From the NCBI GenBank assembly GCA_963732115.1, contig CAVSYN010000034.1, positions 362,354 through 426,353 of the forward strand: 64,000 nt of DNA. Reading direction: 5' to 3'. The position numbers and the translations under genes were made by a program. This document shows, one piece after another, positions 37,041 through 45,500 of the stretch (position 1 is its first letter; every line of letters begins with the position of its first letter). Below the pieces are notes generated by a model. That model saw only the letters and a program-made list of their open reading frames with translations. It did no database searches and was not told where the DNA came from. The DNA is from an uncultured Bacteroidales bacterium. GTDB taxonomy: Bacteria; Bacteroidota; Bacteroidia; Bacteroidales; VadinHA17.

Positions 37041-38147
37041 ATGGTTAAAAAATATATTCCATTTGAAGTTCTGGATAAATTCTGCGTGGATGTTATGGTA
37101 AGAGCCGGCATTCCGGTAGAAGACGCCAGGATTGTCAGTGACGTTTTGCTCAATGCCGATAAATTCGGATTTGACACCCATGGAGTAAATCGCCTTAAGA
37201 GCATCTATCTTGACCGCATTAAAGAAGGTATATTAAATCCCGTAACCAATATTATAATTGTAAAAGAAGGACCCACAACGGGAGTAGTTGACGGGCAAAA
37301 TGGAATGGGACAGGTAATTTCATATAAGGCTATGCAGATGGCCATTGAAAAAGCTAAAAAATACGGCATGGGTATGGTAACGGTACGTAATTCAAGCCAC
37401 TATGGGTTTGCCGGATATTACCCGCTTATGGCTGTGCGCGAGAATATGATTGGCATTACGGGTACTAACGCACGTCCTTCTATTGCTCCAACCTTTGGTG
37501 TGGAGAACATGCTTGGAACTAATCCTATGACCTTCGGCATTCCAAGCGATGAGCCATTTCCATTTTTGCTTGATTGCGCCACTTCAATCACCCAGAGAGG
37601 AAAAGTAGAGCTCTATGCGCGGGAAGGGAAAGAACTGCCCAAAGGATGGGTTATTGATGAGAATGGAGAAAGCAAAACCAATTCATCAGAAGTGCTTCAG
37701 GATCTGATAGCCGGCAAAGCGGCACTTACTCCTCTGGGCGGAGTAGGAGAAGAAACTGCCGGATACAAGGGTTATGGATATGCCACTGTGGTTGAGATCC
37801 TTTCAGCCGCGTTGCAGCAAGGTGCTTACCTGAAGATGCTTATGGGTATCAAAGATGGCAGGAAAGTACCCTTTTGTATTGGGCATTTCTTTATTGCAAT
37901 TGATATCAGTGCTTTTGCAGAACCCAAAGATTTTAAAAAGACTACCGGCAATATTCTCCGGGAGCTCAGGGCTTCCCGGAAGATGCCCGGGCAAACCCGT
38001 ATTTATACTGCCGGCGAAAAAGAGTATGACATATGGTTGAAAAGAAAAGATATGGGAGTGCCTTTTAGCGTTGAACTCCTGAAAGAATTCAGGGAACTAT
38101 GCAATACCTATGATCTGAAGGAGTATCTGTCTGTATTTGAAGAGTGA
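37041..38147 (+). CDS. Ldh_2-family oxidoreductase (malate/L-lactate/ureidoglycolate dehydrogenase type 2)
   Basis: 368-aa ORF starting 3 nt after the preceding stop. It has ..VSDVLLNADKFGFDTHGVNRL.., ..NSSHYGFAGYY.. and ..GGVGEETAGYKGYGYA.., which are typical of Ldh_2. Confidence 0.8.
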   Translation: MVKKYIPFEVLDKFCVDVMVRAGIPVEDARIVSDVLLNADKFGFDTHGVNRLKSIYLDRIKEGILNPVTNIIIVKEGPTTGVVDGQNGMGQVISYKAMQMAIEKAKKYGMGMVTVRNSSHYGFAGYYPLMAVRENMIGITGTNARPSIAPTFGVENMLGTNPMTFGIPSDEPFPFLLDCATSITQRGKVELYAREGKELPKGWVIDENGESKTNSSEVLQDLIAGKAALTPLGGVGEETAGYKGYGYATVVEILSAALQQGAYLKMLMGIKDGRKVPFCIGHFFIAIDISAFAEPKDFKKTTGNILRELRASRKMPGQTRIYTAGEKEYDIWLKRKDMGVPFSVELLKEFRELCNTYDLKEYLSVFEE

Positions 38148-38453
38148 AGCATTTTCGTACGATTCGCTGTCTAAAAAAGGCAGTGCCGGTGCAGGAACAC
38201 GAACATAAATCATGAAACCAGGACCTTTAGATGCGATGCCCGATGCTATATTATTGGGACAACGTGCTGTAATTAAGGACTATACAATAGACGCTGGCAT
38301 AGTTAACAGATTTTTATTGTTAAAATAAGGATGCATATGTATTTTCATAAATTTGTTTCTTTATTTTAATATCAAAAATAATCTACATTTTGACCGGGTT
38401 AAATCATCAAAGATTTAACCCGTCGATGTAATAAACAACTTATTCATGAAAAT

Positions 38454-38954
38454 ATGGAAAATAACTATTCAAAAGGCCAGCTATCATGGCTGGTAGTGTT
38501 GCGTATCTTTATCGGATGGCATTTCCTTTATGAGGGACTGGTAAAAGTACTTAATCCGAACTGGACAGCTTCGACTTACCTGATGGATTCTAAAGGGATG
38601 TTTGCCCAGATGTTTATTAACATGGCAGGTAACGCACACTTAATGAGATATATTAATTTTATGAACGAGTGGGCGTTGGTACTTATTGGTATTGGTTTGC
38701 TTCTGGGATGTTTTGCCCGGGTATCAAGCATTGGCGGGATATTGTTATTGTTGCTTTATACTTTTTCACATCCTGCTTTTATCGGTGCCGGATATATGAT
38801 GAATTTTGAAGGTTCTTATTTTTTAATTGATAAGAACCTCATTGAGCTGACAGCATTGGGAGTATTATTCGTTTTTCCGACTGCCAGGATTATTGGTTTA
38901 GACCGCTTTCTTGTCCAAGTACTACCGGCCGGTTTTAGTAAATTCATACTTTGA
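38454..38954 (+). CDS. DoxX-family membrane protein
   Basis: 166-aa ORF with 4 predicted TM segments. ..LVVLRIFIGWHFLYEGLVKVLNP.. is a DoxX-like start. Its stop lies 4 nt before the next gene. Confidence 0.7.
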   Translation: MENNYSKGQLSWLVVLRIFIGWHFLYEGLVKVLNPNWTASTYLMDSKGMFAQMFINMAGNAHLMRYINFMNEWALVLIGIGLLLGCFARVSSIGGILLLLLYTFSHPAFIGAGYMMNFEGSYFLIDKNLIELTALGVLFVFPTARIIGLDRFLVQVLPAGFSKFIL

Positions 38955-38957
38955 GCC

Positions 38958-40625
38958 ATGAAAAAAGAAAAAATAACAAAGACGACAGAACCGACTGGAA
39001 CAGACAAACCTTCAATAATTGGCAGACGTGATGTAATAAAAACTCTCGCTACGGTTCCCTTGCTTGGAGCCATGGCTTACGGGGTTATTAAGACAAGAAG
39101 GAGTGCACTTCTGAATCGTGACATCTCTGACGTGTTCAAGATCAGCAATAAGGATGCGATATTTCTGCAACCTGCTGCAAATGGAAAACAGATCCGCCTG
39201 GGGCTGATTGGTTTCGGTATCCGTGGAAAGCAATTAATGAGGGCATTGGGCTTTGCCGAACCTTCATATATTGATACCCTTATTGAGGCTAAAAAGAAGA
39301 ATCCTGATGATACTCGTCTGGATGAGTTCCTCGAACAGGATGACTTAAATGTTGTTATCAACGGCGTATGTGACATCTTTGATGTTTACGGTGAGGCAGC
39401 TCAGCTGACGGGCTCCAATATTAACAAGGCTGGTTCCAACGGCAAATTCGGTTCTGCACCGAAACGCTACCGAACTTACCAGGAGCTTTTAGCTGCCGAT
39501 GACATAGATGCAGTTGTCATTGCTGCGCCTGACCACTGGCATGGTACCATAGCGATGGCTGCTGCCAGGGCAGGGAAACATGTTTATTGCGAAAAACCCG
39601 CTACATGGACTGTCCCGGAGACCTATCTGCTCCATGAAACAATTAAAGAAACGGGGATAGTATTCCAGCTGGGACATCAGGGCCGCCAGACAGCCTGCTA
39701 TCAAAAAGCCGAAGAGATTATCAGTAACGACCTTCTTGGTCATGTCAATCTGATAGAAGTGTGCACAAACCGCAATACCCCTAACGGTGCATGGGTTTAC
39801 GATATAATTGATGGTTCAAATCCACAATCGATCGACTGGAAACAGTTTGAGGGTGATGATACCCGGATCAGGGAGTACTCAGACTATATGAAATCATTCG
39901 GTCTTGAACGTTATATAGGGCCTGAGGAACGCAACAAGTTCAGTCTGGAACGGTTTTTCCGCTGGCGCTGCTGGTGGGACTACAGTACAGGCCTTTCAGG
40001 TGACCTCCTGACACATGAATACGATGCTGTGAATCAGATTTTGCACCTTGAGATACCGGCTTCTGCAACTTCTTCAGGTGGTGTATATTTCTTCAAGGAC
40101 GGGCGTACGGTACCGGATGTTCTGCAAACAACTTTCGAGTGGCCTGACCGGGATCTCACCATGCTGTACAGCGCCACACTCGCAAGCTCCCGGAACAGAG
40201 GCAAAGTGTTTATGGGACATGATGCTTCCATGGAGGTCTCAGACATCCTGAGCATCATAGCCGACAGGAATTCCGAAAAGTATGCAGAGAAAATCAAACA
40301 GGGTATTATCCCGACTGACAAGCCTTTCTTTACTTATGTGCCAGGGCAGAGCAAAGTCGATGCAGTTACTTCTGCTACAGAACTTTACTTCGCACAACGA
40401 GGGCTTCTTTACACCTATGTTAACGGGAAGCGTTATGATACTACCCATTTGCACATGAGGGAGTGGCTGGAGTGCATCCGCCAGGGACAAACACCTTCCT
40501 GTAACATCGACCAGGCTTTCCAGGAAGCAATGACAGCCCACATGGGCACAAGAGCTTATCTCGAAGGGCGTACAATGTACTGGGATAAAGATAAAAGAGA
40601 GATAGTCAGGGGAGAAAAAGCCTGA
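38958..40625 (+). CDS. Tat-signal Gfo/Idh/MocA-family oxidoreductase
   Basis: 555-aa ORF with ..IIGRRDVIKTLATVPLLGAMAYG (Tat-like), IRLGLIGFGIRGKQ (Rossmann) and VVIAAPDHWHGTIAMAAARAGKHVYCEKP (the EKP signature). Confidence 0.85.
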   Translation: MKKEKITKTTEPTGTDKPSIIGRRDVIKTLATVPLLGAMAYGVIKTRRSALLNRDISDVFKISNKDAIFLQPAANGKQIRLGLIGFGIRGKQLMRALGFAEPSYIDTLIEAKKKNPDDTRLDEFLEQDDLNVVINGVCDIFDVYGEAAQLTGSNINKAGSNGKFGSAPKRYRTYQELLAADDIDAVVIAAPDHWHGTIAMAAARAGKHVYCEKPATWTVPETYLLHETIKETGIVFQLGHQGRQTACYQKAEEIISNDLLGHVNLIEVCTNRNTPNGAWVYDIIDGSNPQSIDWKQFEGDDTRIREYSDYMKSFGLERYIGPEERNKFSLERFFRWRCWWDYSTGLSGDLLTHEYDAVNQILHLEIPASATSSGGVYFFKDGRTVPDVLQTTFEWPDRDLTMLYSATLASSRNRGKVFMGHDASMEVSDILSIIADRNSEKYAEKIKQGIIPTDKPFFTYVPGQSKVDAVTSATELYFAQRGLLYTYVNGKRYDTTHLHMREWLECIRQGQTPSCNIDQAFQEAMTAHMGTRAYLEGRTMYWDKDKREIVRGEKA

Positions 40626-40646
40626 ATTATTAAAATAACTTAAAGA

Positions 40647-41309
40647 ATGAAAGAAGACAACACTATGACGGATACGAGTCCACTGGTCGGTGGTCTTTTA
40701 AGGATCCACAAAATTATTACCCGGGGACTAACCATTTCTATCAGGAAGTGTGATGAGTACGTTGGGAAGAAGAGTATACCATCGGCCGAAGCGACCGGTT
40801 TTCCAATGTATGTTTCGGCCCTGAGGTGGGTACTCCATTCGCATCATCTCAGTGAAGATGAAATAGTCTTCCCCTACTTCAAAGACCATATAGAGGCACC
40901 ATACGATCGGCTGAAGAATGATCACAATGCCATGGCCGGGCTCCTGGACAGGCTGGAAGAGTGTCTTACCGGGATTTCGTTGACTGGAGTTGGCAACCTT
41001 CGCGAAGTGCTGGACGAATTATACAATCTTTGGAAACCCCATATTAAAATCGAGGAGGAAAATTTCACCTTGGAAAAGTTGCGGACAGTCATAGGAATTA
41101 AGGAACAGGAGAGCCTTAGTGAAAGACTTGGCGAACATGGCAGGAAAAACTCAGGTCCGGGACCTCTTTCACTGCCTTTCCTGTTCTATAACCTTGAAAA
41201 CAAGGAGAGAGAGGCATTTATGAGTGACATACCATGGATAGTCAAAAAAGTCCTTGTCCCGATTGTCTGGAGGAAACAGTGGAAGCCTATGAGCCCGTTC
41301 TTTATATAG
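40647..41309 (+). CDS. hemerythrin-like (HHE cation-binding) domain protein
   Basis: 220-aa ORF. The His/Glu spacing in ..HSHHLSEDEIVFPYF..NDHNAMAGLLD..WKPHIKIEEENF.. resembles hemerythrin HHE domains. The call is tentative. Confidence 0.5.
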   Translation: MKEDNTMTDTSPLVGGLLRIHKIITRGLTISIRKCDEYVGKKSIPSAEATGFPMYVSALRWVLHSHHLSEDEIVFPYFKDHIEAPYDRLKNDHNAMAGLLDRLEECLTGISLTGVGNLREVLDELYNLWKPHIKIEEENFTLEKLRTVIGIKEQESLSERLGEHGRKNSGPGPLSLPFLFYNLENKEREAFMSDIPWIVKKVLVPIVWRKQWKPMSPFFI

Positions 41310-41365
41310 GAATCAGGTTTCCCTTATATCCTTCAATACTAAGAGCAACTTTGAGGTGCAAGAGA

Positions 41366-41776
41366 TTATTTCTTATCGGGATTGGGAATAATACAGGTAA
41401 ATTCAAAATTTTCGCTGAAAGGGTTCCTGAACTGATGTAATTCATTTGCTTTCACGAAAAGACTCTGGCCTTTTCTTACTTCATGGCCATTACCATTTTC
41501 ATCCACTGCAATTCCCTTATTACTTTCAATTTTGACCACATGTTCATAGTTGTGCTGATGAAATGGGGTATTCCCCCCCGGGGCAATAATAAAATGCCTC
41601 ATGATAATATTTTCTGATTCTTCATTAAGACCAATCAGGATTTTCATCTTCACGTCCTTCGCTCCATCCATTTTTACCTCAGCAGCAAAGATTTCGTCAT
41701 TATTATTGATTTTCATAATAGTACGTATTTGAAAACAGATCAAATTTATAAAAAGTATTGAATTCTTCTGAAACAA
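41366..41776 (-). CDS. cupin-domain protein
   Basis: The probable start is 41716 (MKINNNDEIF..). GGNTPFHQHNYEHVVKI and ..GQSLFVKANELHQFRN match cupin motifs 1 and 2. Confidence 0.7.
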   Translation of the reverse strand: MFQKNSILFINLICFQIRTIMKINNNDEIFAAEVKMDGAKDVKMKILIGLNEESENIIMRHFIIAPGGNTPFHQHNYEHVVKIESNKGIAVDENGNGHEVRKGQSLFVKANELHQFRNPFSENFEFTCIIPNPDKK

Positions 41777-41838
41777 TTTACCGAACTATTTTTTATTCAA
41801 AATGTTAGTCAGAAATACTGCACTTTAATTCAGTAAAC

Positions 41839-42306
41839 ATGAAAAAATCCAAATCATTATTCTTTACCTTATTATTCTTAGTATCTGCGTTTTACGTTTA
41901 TGGGCAAAATCAGTCCGAATATGAGAAAAAGCTCCGTCAACAGGAGTCAAACAAGAAAATGGTAACCGAATTTTATCAGGAGCTCTTCGGAAACAAAAAT
42001 CCAGATGCCATCAATAAGTACATCGGTGATAAATACATACAGCATAACCCCGGCTTACCTGATGGTAAAGAGGCTCTGCTTCAGGCAGTAAAAGTCTGGT
42101 TCAAGGATGCACCCAAAGAAAAAGTGGATTTTCAGCATGTGGCAGCTGACGGGGACCTTGTATGGTTGCATGTCAGAAGCAAGTCCGGTCCAAAAGTAAG
42201 GGCAATAGTGGATATTTTCAGGATCGAGAACGGCAAAATTGTGGAACATTGGGATGTTATCCAGGAAATTCCGGAGAAGTCAGCCAATGATCATCCTATG
42301 TTTTAA
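41839..42306 (+). CDS. SnoaL-like / NTF2-fold protein with signal peptide
   Basis: 155-aa ORF. ..NKKMVTEFYQELFGNKNPDAINKYIGDKYIQHNPGLPDGKEAL.. and ..IFRIENGKIVEHWDV fit the SnoaL-like (COG4922-type) pattern. Confidence 0.65.
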   Translation: MKKSKSLFFTLLFLVSAFYVYGQNQSEYEKKLRQQESNKKMVTEFYQELFGNKNPDAINKYIGDKYIQHNPGLPDGKEALLQAVKVWFKDAPKEKVDFQHVAADGDLVWLHVRSKSGPKVRAIVDIFRIENGKIVEHWDVIQEIPEKSANDHPMF

Positions 42307-44214
42307 CATTCATGATTTTCTTAATTGCTTCAATATTCATCGGATTCACAATACTTTTTCCTTCAGGAGTATACAAAAAGTCGATTGTAGTCTTGTGCCG
42401 TTCAACAACTTTTGCTCTAACCAGTTTCCCGAGACTATTTAAAAGTTTGTTATCACCACTGAATGGTTCATCGATTATTGCGATGGCGGAAGGTAACCAC
42501 CTTGAAGGGAAAAGATCGCCATATACACCTCCCGGCTTATACTGATTTATTACTGATTCCAGTTCATTTAAAATTGCTTCCAGTCCTTCTATTTCGGTCA
42601 GACTGATATTATTGTTTTTTAGCCCATTTTGCCAATGCATCTCCGTTTGGTACAAGCAATGCGGAAGTATACTTATTCTGGTTATTATACAGCATCATCT
42701 GTTCAATAAACTGAGATCTGTCGGTTATAGTTTCTTCTATTCCTTCAGGACTGTATTTTTCTCCATCGTCTGAAATAAGCAGGCTCTTAAATCTTCCCAG
42801 AACATAAAGGAATCGGTCTTCATCAACATATCCCATATCCCCGGTATGGAGCCATCCTTCTCTAATTGTCTCCAGAGTAGCTTTTTCGTTTTTCCAGTAT
42901 CCTTTCATAACATTTTCTCCGCGGATTACTATTTCACCCTTTTCCCCGACAGGCATCTCATTTCCTTCCTCATCACATATTTTCAGGTCAAGGTTTTTAA
43001 CTATGTTTCCGGATGATCCCAGCTTATGCCTTTTTAGAACATTTGATGAAATTACCGGTGAAGCCTCAGTTAAACCATACCCCTGCAGCATAGGGATCCC
43101 TATTGCATAAAAAAACTTCTGAAGTTCAATATCAAGTAAGGCTGCTCCCCCGATGAAAAACTCCATTCTTCCGCCAAAGCTGGCTCTGATCTTTTTAAAA
43201 AGGATTATCGTCATATAGTTTGTATAATGGTTTAAGAAATATCTTCATTCCTTTCCCTTTATCCCATCCAATACCATTATAACTATAAGCAATCTTTAAT
43301 GCATGTTTGAAAAGCTTTTCTATAAACGGACCCTTTTCTCTTATTCCTTTTTCAATCCCTTTTCGAAAGCTTTTTGCCAGGGCTGGTGCAGTAAAGAGGA
43401 ATACGGGCTTAACCTCCCTTATATTTTCCGCGAGATGCTTGAGACTGTCAAGATAGGATTTGCCCGATTGAACAGCGGCCAGGCTGGCTCCCGTATTCAT
43501 CATGATATATATTCCCACTGTATGTGCAAAGGAATGGTCCCAAGGCAAGATTAGAAGCGTTGTCCACCATTCAAGAACATCCATAAGAGTAAGTGCCTGT
43601 TCAATATTGGCAGTATAGTTCCCATGAGACAGGATTATTCCCTTGGGATCTGCTGTAGTTCCTGAAGTGTAACAAATATTTGCATAATCATCGGGGCCGA
43701 CTGATTTTATTGTATCCATGAATTTATCATGGTTTGTATTCAGATATTCCTCCCCCAATTTCCTGACATCTCCAATAAATATTTCATCCCGGGAATAACT
43801 CTCCTTTGGGTCCAGAAGAATAACCTTTTCAAGATTCTTAAGATCATGTTTAATAGAATTAATCTTATCAATCTGAAGGGATGAGACTATCACCCATCTT
43901 GACTCTGAATGGTCTAGTCTGAATTTCAGATCAACACCCTCTTTAAGGGTGATGGTAAGAGGTACACTTATTGCACCAGTATGCAAAATTCCAAGCTCAC
44001 TTATTACCCACTCTGCCCGGGCTTCAGATAGTAACGCAATCCGGTCACCCTTTTTTATGCCAAGCGCCAATAGGCCTGCTGCTACCTTGTAAGCTTGCTC
44101 TTTGGTCTCTTTGTAAGTGATCGCTACGTATCTGTCAGTCTTTTTCTCAAGAAGATATGGATTGTTAGCATACTTCTGCGTGCTGATTTCCAATAAATCG
44201 ATTATTGTCTTCAT
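42296..44214 (-). pseudogene. long-chain fatty-acid--CoA ligase (AMP-binding family), two frameshifts
   Basis: Three colinear ORFs are involved. 43195-44214 carries YTSGTTADPKGIILSHGNY (the AMP-binding P-loop). 42609-43214 carries ..GYGLTEASPV.., ..GWLHTGDMGYVDEDRFLYVLGRFK... 42296-42655 is the C-terminal subdomain. Confidence 0.8.
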
Positions 44215-44429
44215 TACAACCGGTTAGAGATTTTAGTAAATTGATTTGTAATATAAATACCGGGGAGAGTTGGTTCGCCCTCATTGTTTTTCTGACCGAA
44301 GCTGACGAAGATGCCATCTTCGAAACCCGGGAAAAGGCTTGTCATGTTAATGGTTAAGCCTGTTAAAGTTAAGTAAGTATCGGATACAAGTCAAATAAAT
44401 ATTAGCACGTCTGTAAGGTTCCTGCTATA

Positions 44430-44480
44430 TTAATCTTACCTTAATTCTTTCTTAATATGTTTTTAATCTTTTCTTAACTT
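44430..44480 (+). promoter_or_regulatory. direct repeat TTAATCTTnnCTTAA(n)T x2, spaced 33 nt, upstream of the cytochrome cluster
   Basis: The two copies are 44430-44447 TTAATCTTACCTTAATTC and 44463-44480 TTAATCTTTTCTTAACTT, about 150-200 nt upstream of the first gene (ATG 44631). Any function is inferred only from position and repetition. Confidence 0.25.
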
Positions 44481-44627
44481 GCATGTCCGAGGATAAGGCT
44501 AACTTGGCACAACTTGGCGCAGAAATCACGGAAATCATCATTGAATCATAAGAACAGGATAAAGTCAAATTTTGAAAGGCCATTAAACCGTTACAGGGAC
44601 CAAAAAAGTCATAACTAACATAATCGC

Positions 44628-45500
44628 TTGATGTCCAAAGGAGTTCATCTCATTTATATAGGGATTTTTGTTGCAGTAACTTCGATTGTTCTTATCGGGC
44701 TCACTTATAGGGGCATATCTTACTACAGGGTGAGCATTGAGGAGAGATTTTATCATCCCGATCACAATAGATTTAAACCAAGCGGTTACATAGGCCACAG
44801 CCTGGGTATTACCGGATCATTGCTTATTCTTATCGGGGTGGGATCCTATATGGCCAGGAAAAGATACCGCTCCTTGTCCCGCTTCGGACTTCTGAAATAC
44901 TGGCTTGAGTTCCATATTTTTATGTGTATCCTGGGGACCATCCTGATTGTTTTTCATACAGCTTTTAAAATTGGAGGCCTGGCGGCGGTCAGCTTTTGGA
45001 GCATGGCAACTGTCTTTATCAGCGGTTTCGCAGGACGGGTTATTTATCTTCAGATCCCCAGAACTATGGAAGGCCGTGAACTTGATCTGAAAGAGGTAAG
45101 GGACATGAGAGCTGATGTTGTAGAAAAAATAAAGGGTTCTTATGATTTTGACAAACAGAGCTTTAAATTCATAACATTAGCAATTGAAAACAGATCAGGT
45201 CTTTACACCGGAAGCAGATTTACGGGTTTTCTGAAGAACTATTTCAGTGACAGGGCCTCTGTTACTGATGTAAGCAACTATCTGAAAGAAAATAAAATAT
45301 CAGGATCCGAATTTTCGCGGATCGTAGCCCTCGTAAAAGATGATCTCAGGCTCGGAAGGACGATCGAACGGCTTGAAATGATGAAAAACCTGTTCAGGTA
45401 CTGGCATGTTTTTCATCTTCCTTTTGCCATACTGATGCTTATCTTTATGATCTTTCATGTTATTGTTACTGTGGCTCTTGGTTACCGATGGATTTTTTAA
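44628..45500 (+). CDS. 5-TM membrane protein with two His-x13-His helices (candidate di-haem b-type electron carrier)
   Basis: 290-aa ORF with ATG at 44631. TM3 is ..WLEFHIFMCILGTILIVFHTAF.. and TM5 is ..WHVFHLPFAILMLIFMIFHVIV... Each has two His separated by exactly 13 residues. A ~110-aa soluble loop lies between TM4 and TM5. No family name was recognised. Confidence 0.6.
   Translation: MMSKGVHLIYIGIFVAVTSIVLIGLTYRGISYYRVSIEERFYHPDHNRFKPSGYIGHSLGITGSLLILIGVGSYMARKRYRSLSRFGLLKYWLEFHIFMCILGTILIVFHTAFKIGGLAAVSFWSMATVFISGFAGRVIYLQIPRTMEGRELDLKEVRDMRADVVEKIKGSYDFDKQSFKFITLAIENRSGLYTGSRFTGFLKNYFSDRASVTDVSNYLKENKISGSEFSRIVALVKDDLRLGRTIERLEMMKNLFRYWHVFHLPFAILMLIFMIFHVIVTVALGYRWIF

Noticed and set aside
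44503-44517. TGGCAC-AAC-TTGGCG as a sigma-54 promoter for the cytochrome cluster
   Set aside because: The -12-like element is two nt too close and reads TTGGC, not TTGC. It is better explained as a decamer duplication (AACTTGGCAC/AACTTGGCGC).
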